Below are positions 12,832-24,588 of a stretch of 64,000 nucleotides of DNA, one piece after another. Below the pieces are notes generated by a model, which saw only the letters and a list, made by a program, of their open reading frames with translations, made no database searches and was not told the DNA's origin. A program made the translations under genes and the position numbers. Within the stretch, counting starts at the first letter, position 1, and each line of letters starts with the position of its first letter. This DNA comes from Ptychomitrium polyphyllum (taxonomy: Eukaryota), in the NCBI GenBank assembly GCA_973851085.1, contig OZ316775.1:3844001-3908000 (forward strand), in the 5' to 3' direction.

Positions 12832-13249
12832 GATCCGTTCCTGGTCGCAAGTGCATCTAGTGCAAATCTAGACGGCGGAGTAGGCAGGTTGGTTGTCTAG
12901 TTCGCTTGTTTCTCGACTACCCAGGTCAATCTCAATTTCGGTGTTATTCTTATCGTGTTGCGGCTACGATCGAAACGAAAGTGTGTCCTGGTTTGCAGGG
13001 AGGAGGTGCGGGACCACAGTATGAAGTTTGATAAAAGGATTAATGATTTCTGAGTGTGATCAGTTCTAGCTGCGAGTAGGATAGACTACCAGTTGGGTCC
13101 GCTTCTGTCGACGCTGAAGAAGTGTTCGGTTCTAGAGACGCTCTGCAACTGTGACCATTTGGTTGTCGAGTTGGTTAGCCGGGGTGGTTTTAAAGGAGGG
13201 GAATTGAGGGGAGAGAGGAGTGAGCCCGGTGTAGGAGAGAGGGGGAGAG

Positions 13250-15243
13250 ATGGCGCCCTACGTGCCGGGGGATCAGATGAACTATGGCCACATGAAGGTC
13301 GGCTATAGCGTGGACGATGGCGAGATGGAGACCACGCAGTTGGACCCCCGCTTGCCGTTGCTGCAGCACGCCGATCTCAGGGACAAAGTTGTGCTTCTCC
13401 GTGTTGATCACAACGTTGTCAAGAAAGGTAATCACCAGCACCGTCTTCTCAATCCTGAGACTAATTTTGAAACTCTTTGCACAGAAAGTGGTAGTGAGTG
13501 TATGAAGCTTGGAAGCATTAAGCAATAATGCTTGGAGGAGCTTTTGGTTAATTGTCGCTAGAGTGATGAAGTTTGTGCACTTATTAGACAAAACAGAGTT
13601 GAGATTATTCACTTACAGAGGTAAGATTATTGCTTACAGTTGAGCATTGTGGAATTAGATTTTGCAAGTTGCAGGAGTGAAGTGTAATTTTTTTTGTTTT
13701 AACGTTTATGCTTGCTACTGCAGCCGTCTGTACCTGAATTTGTAACTCTGTTTGTGTTCAGGAAAAATCTTGGACCAATACAGAATCGATGTCACTCTTG
13801 CGACAATGTACAATATCATCGAGCGCGGTGGAAGGCCTATTATTATGACCCACATTAACCGACCTTACGACAAGAAGACGAAAACTTTGACAGTGAAGCA
13901 AGACGACGCTGTCGACGCCGTCGTTGCCTACTTGCAACGCAAGCTGCGCATCAAGTTTGCTGTTCCGCAGTTTCACATAACTGAGAAGGAAGGAATTCAC
14001 GACATCGACACGTCCATCAACTGGCTCATCCAGGACCTCCGCGCACGCAAGATTGGAGGCATCTACTTGCCTAACACCCGTTGGTTTGCTGTAAGTGCAG
14101 CTTTGATTATTCGACATGCACTCTGTTTCTCGCTGCGTTTTTCTACAGATTTGATTTTCACTTGTAAGTTGGTTTGCATATTGAAGGACTTGCATGTCTT
14201 TTAATTGCAGGGTGAGGAAGACAAGGGTGCGAACATGGACCGGTTCGTGGTGCAACTGGCGGGGCTCGCAGACGTGTACGTGAACGACGCCTTCGGCTCA
14301 TGGCAGCCTCACGCTTCGACATACCACATTACGAAATACTTGCCTTCATACGCCGGCTTGTGCATGCAGGTGCTTGTCTCTTCCTTCGCAAATCTTTCGA
14401 ACTCTGTTTTCGCCATTGCTCCTTTACGACATAGAACCCAAAGAACAACGACTGAATCCCCAGTTTTTGCAGGCTGAGCTTTCTCACGTGAGGGAAGTAC
14501 TGGAACCGAAGCTCCCGTTCGTCGCTGTGGTGGCCGGGTCGAAGTACGACACGAAGATTGGCCCCTTGACTGAGATCTACAAAAATGTAGACAAGCTAAT
14601 CCTGGGTGGGATCATCTACAACACATTTCTATGCGCGAAGTACAACGTCAGAATGAAAGGAGTGGAACAATCTGACATCGATTTGGCGAAGGGCCTCGTG
14701 GAGCAGGACAAGATCGAGAACAAGATCCTGGAGCTTCCCATGATCGTCGAGACCGACACTCTCCAGGGCCGCTTCGAAGGCCAGTTCCGCACAATTAACA
14801 TCAAGGACTTCAAGGAGGGCCAGGAATTCAGCTACGTTGTGGACGTCGACCCGGCCTCCTTCGAAGCCTCCGACGTGCAGAACGTCTTAGCATCCGCGAA
14901 GACCATCTTCGTGAACGCCGTCATGGGCATGATGCCCGGCTTCTGGCACGGCACCAGCAAGATGGACGAGGCTATTGACCGCAACAAAAGTGCCCAGAAG
15001 TTCTTTGGCGGTGGCGACACGCTCCAGGAGTTCAAGAGCTTGTGGCCCGGGCTTTACCAGGCCGCTCTCGACAGCACCAAGTACTATCTCTTCACCGGCG
15101 GCGGCACCGTGTTGAAGGTTTTGGAAGAGGGCGACCCTTACGGACTGCCCACCGTGAAAGCTCTCATTGAGAACGGCGAGCAGTATGGGTACAGCCACCA
15201 GAACGGTGGCAGCAGCCGGGGCTCATCGCCACCCCGGATGTGA
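13250..15243 (+). CDS. PGK: Divergent phosphoglycerate kinase family protein, 478 aa; exons 13250-13427, 13762-14090, 14211-14369, 14473-15243
   Basis: Four GT-AG-bounded exons splice in frame (1437 nt). PGK motifs in order: [87 protein letters not shown]. Confidence 0.9.
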
Positions 15244-16529
15244 ATAGAATCCTCAAATTTTCATTAGCTTTTACACATGACCATGACTTTTTCCCGATCA
15301 TCCATTCTTGCACATTGAAACCGATTCGATGCTGATAATCGGCACGAGATTGAGGACGCAACTTGGTGCGTCCGTTGAGGTGGAAGTACTACTATACCAT
15401 TCAATAAACACTGAATTATATGTATTCTGTGGAGAAGTGTTTGTGTCTGTCGAGGAGTATTGAAGAATCAGTTACGAACGTTTGCACGAGCGTGTGTCAG
15501 ATGAGAGTGGTATCTTCGGTTGAAAATTGGTCAAATTGGGCGACTGTGAACTCTGTGTTCTCACTAAAAAGATGGTTTTTCGTCTTAGGGCTTCTACAGG
15601 TTGGTCTAACACGAGGCTCAGTTGCAGTTCTGTCTCGTTGACGAGCGCGCACTTGGAGCTGCATGTGGTGATCTTATAAGTCTCTGCAGTGTTGTGATGG
15701 ATTTCTGAAAGAGTTTGTGCCGTTATTCTCCAAATCTAGGTCTGTATCCAAAGGCGGTCTTCGCATTTTTCACCAGAAGCTTTCTTCAAATCTGCCGTGC
15801 TTGCTTGTCGATACTGTGGGGTCTGATACGTCTGGCTTCTTGAGTGTTGTTTGTAGATGGATTGCAATGCTTGAGACATGTTCGTCGCTTAGATTCAGGG
15901 GTGTTTTACAGCAAAGGTAGACCGTAGCTTGCCATTTAGGCTTTCTTTGTAATTGATAGAGCAGTTGGTACTTGTTAAATTCGCAGGTCAGTGTTTGGGC
16001 TTGTGTGATCTCTGTTAGTAATTTACCTGCAAACAAACGAGGTTTTTGGAATCGTCTACTTGTGTTGTTGTCGAGAACTCCTTCTGAAGCAGAATAGGCA
16101 ATTTAACGAAATAGAACCCTGTTTTTATAGTAACTGATTTTGAGATTCAGAGTTGCCAGCCCTAATGGCGAACAATAAGCCTTTCTGACAAAGAACAGAA
16201 ACAGGGTGTGGATCTCTTACATTCAAACTGAGGGCGAAGTTATGTAACCGTATCAATGAACCGATCAGGAGTCGTCAATCACGGTTGCTACTTACAGCTT
16301 ATTAGAGAACATGAAGCTTGTGGGTAAGTCTAAATGGTGGCCACGAAATTTCAGGGACCTTATAATTCTGATATCCTGATTGTGTTGTAGGGATCTCCTG
16401 CAGAAAAAGTTCGATTCTATGTTATCAAGTGCGATACTCTGTAACGACCTCCATCAAGACCTAATCGAGACTTACTCCAAGGCTTGCATACAAGTTGCGA
16501 TTCTGTTCTGATTGTTGGTGCGAAACAAA

Positions 16530-19500
16530 ATGTCGCATCCGAGGAGAACTCGAGGAGGTGGTCCGAAGACCTTCGCAGACCTCTGTGAGAATTGTGAGCC
16601 TGTGATGAAAAGTGGTAGAACTTCCAAATTGAGCCAGGTGCGTTTTGGTCGCCTGCAAGTTGATTCACATACTTTGTATTCGTTCTCGCAAGTGACATTT
16701 CTGGGATGTTACTCTGTAAGACGGTCAACTCAATTTCCTAAAAATTAGGTGTGAAATTTATGCAGGGAACACTGAAGAGTGACGCAGCTTCCAGGGAGCG
16801 AAAAGAGAATCTGGGCAATCCACTGTTACCATTCTGCAATTTTATGAGTCAGCTTCCGAATTATTTATTTGATTTTGGTCAGGCTTGTTTGACCTTGACA
16901 GGATTTGTTGTTTGCCGTTGGCGTCACAGAAAATCAGCTTTCTGATGACCGGAGGGTCCTTCTAGCCATTACTGTGGAGATCGAGGACGGATGTGTGGAG
17001 CATATACAGATGAAGGAAGGCGATTCCGCTGAAGAAGTGGCGAAGAAGTTTTGTCGAGATCATGCTCTTCCGGAACAATTCGTAGCGCCACTTACAGAGC
17101 ATATTGTCAGCAACATTATCAATATAAGGTGCGTTGTCCACGGAGTCATTTGTCAGGAAGCCTATCCATCGTCTGCGTGCTCATGTAATCTTAGGAAGTT
17201 TCATGTGTAAAGAAGTTCTGAGGGCATTTTTGTGTACGAATTTCTCTGTATGGTTAACCGACATATGTCCAACTTGCAATTTGCAGCGAGGACAGTGACA
17301 TTGTGTTCCAATCTCAAGAACACATGTCATATGACGAGAATTCGGCTTTGCGCGGTGGTGCTCCGTACAGCCCTGTATTGCTTGGCTCTGACGTCGTTGA
17401 TTCGGTACCCAAGCCGAGAGATTATGGAGGCCAACCTCATGTGATAGCGGAAGTGAGTGCTTTGCTGGCAAGACGTGAGCATCGAAGCAGCATGAGTTCT
17501 CCATTAATGGCTTCACAGAAGATAAACAGGAAACAAAGTTGTCACACGCCCCAGTATTTAGCTTTTGACGATCGTTATAAGCCAAGAAGGAAAACCAGGC
17601 GTAAGAGAGGGTGGAAAAAAGTCTCGGATCGTTTAATTGCTCCAACAATCACAAGCTTGGCCAAAACCGGGGCACTTGATTACAAGGAAAAACCGAGTCC
17701 TCGTCCTAAGCCTCTCTCTGAAGCAGCGGTACATTTCTCATAAGTTTGAGTGTTCCTGTGCTGTTTCGAAAATTACTTTCCGCATTATTTATGATAGCGG
17801 AGATTGAGATGAAAGAGAGAAAGCTGCAGTGTAATGAACATTTCAATGACGGGCCTCAACAGAAAGCTGTATATATGCGGCTCTACACCGAGTACATTAG
17901 ACACGAGCAATTGTTGAGGGATGAGGTGAAACGCAGCAAGGCTTTGTATCAGGAAACGATTGAGAGAAAAAGAATGGGCCTCTCCAAAGTGAGTACAATG
18001 CTTGTTGTCTTATCGTGAAAAACTGAAATTTCTGCTTCATGTGCTTTATGTCAGTTCTAAAAGCACGGAAGTATTTGGTGCATAGAAAATACTTCAGAGA
18101 GTGCCAATTACTGAGATTCAAAATCCTACAGTGTTGAAAGAGATGTGATTTAGGAGGAGATTGGAGGAGATTCATGCATCTCATCCATTTCATGAACGTA
18201 GTGAATCAGAAATCCTGGAGATTGACACGAATGCGTGGAAAGATAGCAAACCAGTACAAGAATTATGGAGAGCTTCTGTATGCTGAAGGTCTTCATATGA
18301 GAGAGAATCATCTCAAGGCTGTTGCCGACAAGAAAAAGCACGATGAAGAGAAGGAGTTGGCTGAACTTCTACCAACGCCTAAAATCAGGTCCGTAAGACG
18401 ATGCGAAGGTTTGAGTATATATGCACCAGAATGCAGCGTATTGGCGCATTTATTTCTGATGTCATTTTGAGCTTCTATGACATTGAGCATCTTGGACCGG
18501 AATTTCAGAGACCAGAGTCGTTGTCTTTTACATCTGCATCTCAGTTTCTTATCTGCTCTCTTATGTTTGCGCTGTGAAGCAAACGAGCAAAAAGCATAAG
18601 AAGGGGGGAAGACAAAGTTTGGAGTAGGCTTCAGAATGATGTCAGACCAAAGCAGGACCAACTGCAAGAGCTTCGACAGGAGGTAAGTTTTCACAAAGAG
18701 TTCGAGACTTGATATTGCAGAGCAATAACTTAAGTGTGAACTCCGTTACCAGTTCCAAAGATGAATGGTGTTGATGAGACCTGTGTCTGTGTGATGGATG
18801 CTACAGGTTTGGGAGTCCAAGCTTATGGAGTGCACTTTCAAACCTCGAATCAACCAGAACCGAAAATATGACATTCAGTCTGAACAAGACAGAGCGGTCG
18901 ACTATAGTAATCGCTTTGAACAGCTGTTTCTGGATGCTGAGAGTCGCAGGCGCCGTCGAGCAGAATACATGGAGTGGTATCCTGAGGGGTCAGCCATCTC
19001 TTCTTGTTAATATTTGCTCTGAATTTTGCCCTTTGAACTTTTCTGGGTCTAGATTCTTTGTTAAATTCGCTTTATGGTCTGGAAGATTAAATTGTTTGGC
19101 TATCTGTTCGAAATATCTGTTTTCGTGTCATCTTTTCCATGCGATGGAATGGTTAGAGAGTTTTGAACTTCGCTGACGGTCGAGATTCGTGGCTTGGCAG
19201 AGTGACCTTCCAGCCATGTATCAACAGAGGTTTGCCACATTGGGCGTCGATGGAAGAAGATTGGCAGCTGGAACGTCCTGTCTTTTGTAGACTCCTGGAA
19301 AATGCTTCGAGGCTAATGGAGAAGAAGGAAATGCAGGAGCGCCTCGCACATAGACCAGTGGATCCACATACTGGTCGAGAGCTGTATAAACCTCTTACTG
19401 GGCGCAAACCGCACAATGTAAGTTTACTTTCAATTGTCTGATTGCCTTGCAATCACAATTATTTTATTTAGGTTCGTTCTGGATTTAGGGAGCTAAGTAC

Positions 19501-21832
19501 CTCGTGGTTTCAAGGTCAGGAAAACCCGTTGTACATTTCAGGATCTCAGGAATCCTCCAAGCAGCGCACTTGCATATCACCATATCTGGCATACTAAAAG
19601 AGTACTATGCAATCTTTACGCAGAGAAACCCAGTACACTTGCCTGTTGGAGAATATCTGTACAGAATGAAATTTGCCTTTGACAGCAAAATTAGGACTTT
19701 GAGTGCAAGAGATTGCAAAATGAAGAGAGACCTTGCAGAATGCCAGTATGTTGGACCGACTTCCCAGAAGTTACTCAAGCGTCTCAAAGAGCGTGGTCTC
19801 AAGCAAGTTTTTGATTTCCTGGATGATGACAAGGTTTTCTCTAGCTCATTGCAGCTGTAATTATTCAATATTTGATTGTTAAATACTGCCTATTTAATTT
19901 AATCTCCAACAAAAGATCGAATTTGGTCTCTGTAGTGGTGTTTATCACTATTTGCTGCACTAAGAATGGTATTTAGTGGCACCTATGCTAACTATTTACA
20001 CAAGGTTATAACTTTTTATACAAGATGAATATTTTTATCAAGAGCAAAGATATAGATACTGTTCATACTGATCATGGATCACTATAGATACTAAGCAAGG
20101 ATTCAAGTAAACACATTTATCACGAGAAAAGTTCTAGCATTTTTAAATCAGATAGTGTAAGTGACACTAAATTTCATTTGTAGTGTAGCTCTGTATAGGC
20201 CAGTAATAATAACTTCTCACATTTATGAGTGAAAACTATTGATGTTTATGCCAATTTTTTATGCCATTCTACTCAGGACGGCTTTGTGGACCTCACCAGT
20301 GCTAATTTTGATCGCTTAAACAATGACGTGGTAGAAGCCCTCACCCGATTGATGAATGTGGAAAGTGCCGAAGGCAAATGCAAGGAAACGAAGCTAAATT
20401 TTGAGAAATTTGTAGAACTTATGTTGGCTGCGGAGGTATACCAACACTGGTCAATCTCCTGTTTTAATTGCCTGTTTGATTTACCAACGTTAGTTAATGT
20501 ACCTAAGTTGTCTAGAGCTAGCTTGGGACGTTAACATAGCATAGCGGCTACTAGACCTGCGACTAAGATAGATTTCATAGAAAGCTGTAAAAAGTAGAAA
20601 CAGGATAGTTGGTTACAGCAGGCTTTTTTGAGATTCTGAAAGATGAACATAACGCAGAGGAAATATTATCGCGCCCAACAGCTTCATCTAGGGCTAAAGC
20701 ACAAGATTCACGCTGGTGCGAGTATCTGCACCTTTCAATCCGAGATGGACCAGTTGTCTCGAAACCTTGCATCAAAAAGACGAAAGTATAGGTAGAATAT
20801 ATTGTTTCCTGTCATGCCCTTGTTCCATATTCATTATTGCTGGTAACACGATTTTCAAGTGACAATTGCGTTGCTTTGTAAGCTGTAGACATAGTGTTGA
20901 ATTCGCTGGTATATGAATGCACTACCTCGACATAACGATATATCTCCTTGGATGCGATAGCACACACAATGAATGGTTTAAGATCATCATTGATGAGTTA
21001 GCAAAGAAGCAACAGAAGGTGGAGGAATGGAGGAAGGAAAAACAAGAACAGGAGATGGCAAAGTGCACTTTTAAGCCTGAACTCAATACTTACAGTAGAG
21101 CCAAAAAGGTACCTGCACTCTCTACTTTCTTTTGAGGTTTCTAGAATGTAGTCCATTATCAGTCATTTGTATGAAGAGAAATTTGACCTCGGCTCATGTC
21201 AGCAATGCAAAGTTTAGGCATCTAAAGAGCTCATCTTGGTAAATGCTTGCAGGCTTCTGAACCAGGTGATAACTGTGCCGGCGAAAGCATTGGTGGGACA
21301 ATCAACAATATCATCGAGAAAGTTCAACAGGAACTGCATGGGTTTTACTTCCAAGACGAACGAGGAGGACCTGGTAAGATCCCTTCCACCCAATGTCTAC
21401 CTCCTTGTTCTGAACCAGTAAATCAGTCTGATTACAGTGGAAATATGTCCAAGTTTTTATGAATTGTCAGCAGTCTGCTCCCATAGCCTTGTACTGTACA
21501 GAGTTGCTGAATCATTACGTCGTACCAGTACTTCAGGCATTGAATCATATTAAAGGTTACATCGTGCTCTTTAGAAAGACCGCATTGCTTTCTGTAATGC
21601 AGAGCTGCTTGGAATGCCTGCTTCAGCGTCGCCAACTTCCTCGCCACACGCGATGGTGACCAAAGGTACATCAGACAATTCTGTCACTACCCATAGCACT
21701 GGCACAAGAAAGGTTTGTAGCGCTAGTTATTCACCAGCACAGCAGGATATTCTCTCTGAGTTGGACGATCTGCCTAACGCAAACAACCCACTGGCAAAGT
21801 CGGGCATGTTTTTCGGCCTCATGGGTGCTTGA
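16530..21832 (+). CDS. Uncharacterised multi-exon protein (about a dozen or more exons) with an N-terminal GDSAEEVAKKFCRDHAL domain, xTF(K/Q)PxIN repeats, coiled coils and an EF-hand-like segment
   Basis: First exons 16530-16637, 16902-17128 and 17287-17728 splice in frame. Later ORF pieces bounded by splice sites carry ECTFKPRIN, VTFQPCIN, KCTFKPELN, RFEQLFLDAESRRRR, DPHTGRELYKPLTGRKP and FDFLDDDK|DGFVDL. Internal exon boundaries are not all resolved. Confidence 0.75.
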
Positions 21833-22404
21833 TAGCAGCGCTCAAATCACCTTTATCAAAACTAATGATTTTATCTCATTCACAAAAACAAACCGACGAT
21901 CGGTCTCAGTTTACAGTGAACGACGAGTGTAGTTTCCTCTCAAAAAATGACCCTGACATAGACTTTCATGTATACATCAATGATCACTACTTTAGTGACA
22001 TATTCTGTGTTTCCCTGGTCTCAAGTAGAATCTGTAGCGTGTGGAAAAATATATCAAACCAAAACAATTATGTTCCATACGTTTAGAACCATATGAAAAT
22101 GTGAGGTTATAATTTAGGGATGACTGGTATTTCCTAAGGTATTACATGTTCATAATAAATAACAGACTAGTAAGAGAATTTCAAACCTTACTGAAGAACA
22201 GAGAGTACACAGAAGCCGACGTCTGACAGAATCCTGACAGGTAAGAAAAAAGCTGTTGCTGTACAGTTTTGACAGGCTGTATATAACACCGCAATACAGA
22301 ATGCCCCCAATTCAGTGCATACGGGACGGGTTCAGCTGATGAGTTTCACTCTGGATTATTTCTAAGCTACCTCTACAATCCTACAAGCCACTATCGGGAA
22401 GATC

Positions 22405-23864
22405 TTATTGCCCCTTCTTGGCGTCGTAATCTTCCATACCTGGGGGACGAGAGGGTGTGGGAAGGTGCGACTTCCTCTCAATCTCCTCGGCCCGTTTCCT
22501 CTCGGCCTCCCTCTCGGCCTCTGCTTTCTCCTTTGCCTTCTCATCCAAATACACTGCCCGCGATTCGAAGTAACGCTCAAACGCGCGTGGCAAGAACATG
22601 GGGATCAAAAATACGAATAGGTTTACGGTATAGTAAATCGTGTTTACCAATGCTAAAGATTTTCCAAACCAGAACCATGTTTCCTCCTGCACCACATTTA
22701 CAAACCACGCCACTCAGCCAGTAGATACACTTGCACACCAGCAACAAGTTTTCTCAGAACTCATGGATAATTATGTAGCTGATAAAAACATGAACAATGA
22801 TAGTCCACAAAAAAGAGCATGATACCATTCAAATTCACATCTACACTCATACGTTCTGTCCAATTTACACCCGAGACACACCTCTCTTAACATATCATGA
22901 CAGCTTTCAAAGCACTTTATAGAAGGATGATGTCAAATCTATAACTGAAACCAAACAAGAGGCAGACACTGCGACAAGCACAAGGTGCGAGATTTTTTTT
23001 AAATCGACCTGTCAAAACTATACTTAGCAATATCTGACACTATTATTTGGTTTAATTAGTGTTCACCATGCCAGTGAGGATATTCACAGTGCAGATTATG
23101 GAAAATAATATGATCAACACTAATTGACCAAAACAGTAGAGCAACGATGTCTGATCGATTGTGGTAAACGATATGAAAGATTTCGAGACGAAGAATTTTC
23201 AACGAGTAGGGTTAGGAGAAAAAGGATATGAAGAACGAGGAAGAGCTGAAGCAGATGATGAGATGAAACTTACGTTAACAGTCGCATTCTTCGGCAAATG
23301 TCGGCTGATGAACATCTCCGCCGTCCAATCTGCAAGCGCGAATAGACGTCGCGTGTTGTACAAAATGGGCATAATCGCCCTCACAGGCAACGAAAAGATC
23401 TCGAAACCACTGACGAGATTCTCACTGAGCACCTGGCACGAGAGCAGGAATAGGTGCGGCGTCGCAGCGCGCACGGACTCCTGGTCGTTTCTGGCAAACC
23501 CGCCCAACACGTACGCCAGGGGCAGAAATAGCCCAATCACAGTCCCCACCATGACGTACAACTGGAACAAGCGGTTGCCCTGGAACACCTGGAGCTCCGC
23601 GTTCTTGTAGCGCGGGAACACCAACGTGGAGGTGACGACGCAGTACACGCTGATGAGTATCGGGAAGATGATGTCCACCAAGGGCACCAGCCCGCTGGCG
23701 GAGAACACCACGATGAACGCCATCAGCTGCAGCTCGATCACGCGAAACGACCCCATCACGCCCCCTAATCCCCCGAAATCTGCTGCGGCCTCATGCGCTC
23801 CGCCTGGCCTCCCCTTCCCCTCCTTCACGACCCGCGGCCCCGTCGCCAAAGTCGCCCCCGACAT
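22405..23864 (-). CDS. Conserved plant multi-pass membrane protein (Arabidopsis At1g27990-like), about 290 aa; exons 23864-23274 and 22686-22405
   Basis: MSGATLATGPR...GGVMGSFRVIELQLMAFIVVFSASGLVP...LFLPLAYVLGGFARND...ATPHLFLLSCQ...WFWFGKSLA...FLIPMFLPRAFERYF matches the family as I recall it. One phase-0 GTAAGT..CAG intron. Confidence 0.9.
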
Positions 23865-24179
23865 CGCTCCCCACTTCCCTCCTACCAAACCACTCACAAA
23901 ACCTCACACACGCTCACACACTTACTTCAGAAACCTCAACAAGCCACAGAAAGCTGAGGAATCCTCACAAACCCCTCGAGAAGCTCCAAAACCTCCAAAA
24001 TAAAAAGCCCCACAGCTCCCAAAAAGAGGAAGAAATCCTCCGAGATCACAATCCCCCTTCCAGAAACCTTGAAAAACTTGGAGAGTCCTACAAGTGAGGC
24101 GAAATCTGCCTGCTTGGGACTCTACGCTCGCGAGAACGCCGGATGTGTCGTGGCAACCTCCAACTGGCCAGCTGTGGCT

Positions 24180-24188
24180 GCCACGTGG
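24180..24188 (-). promoter_or_regulatory. ABRE/G-box (GCCACGTGG) in the promoter of the At1g27990-like gene
   Basis: ACGTGGC core on the gene's sense strand about 320 bp upstream of the ATG, in a GC-rich promoter patch. Confidence 0.5.
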
Positions 24189-24500
24189 ACGCTGCAGCGC
24201 CCAGCTGACGACCCGGCCTCCCTCCCGCTGCCGCCTCGGCTCTCGCGTTTCTGCCCAGTGTCCTTGCTGCGCCGGTCACCGTGGGAGGCGGTTTTACCGT
24301 GGCAGGCGGGGTTTTCTGACTCTTGGGGTCCGATTGCCAGGTGGCTTTGGCGGTTGTGCTACAGCAGTGGGATTTAGTATTGAGCTGGGGATTTGTGTGT
24401 CAGCTTTGTGCATGGGCATGACACTCTAGGGTTGGCGTCAGCGATTGACCGGTTCGTTGCTAACTTGGGGGTCATTATGTAGGATGGGAATCTGCACGAC

Positions 24501-24588
24501 GGACCTGTAAAGTGGCCTGGGAGAGGATCTGGGAGGGGACCTGGAAGGGGGCCTGGAAGGGTATCTGGATTGGGACCTGGGATCTGGA
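24501..24588. repeat. Degenerate 12-bp minisatellite (GGACCTGGAAGG-like, about 7 units)
   Basis: ggacctgtaaag tggcctgggaga ggatctgggagg ggacctggaagg gggcctggaagg gtatctggattg ggacctggga. Confidence 0.75.

Noticed and set aside
13093..15361. Antisense and alternate-frame ORFs over PGK (likewise over PERK, the transporter and the At1g27990-like gene)
   Set aside because: Shadow ORFs caused by GC-rich codon usage, with no motifs.
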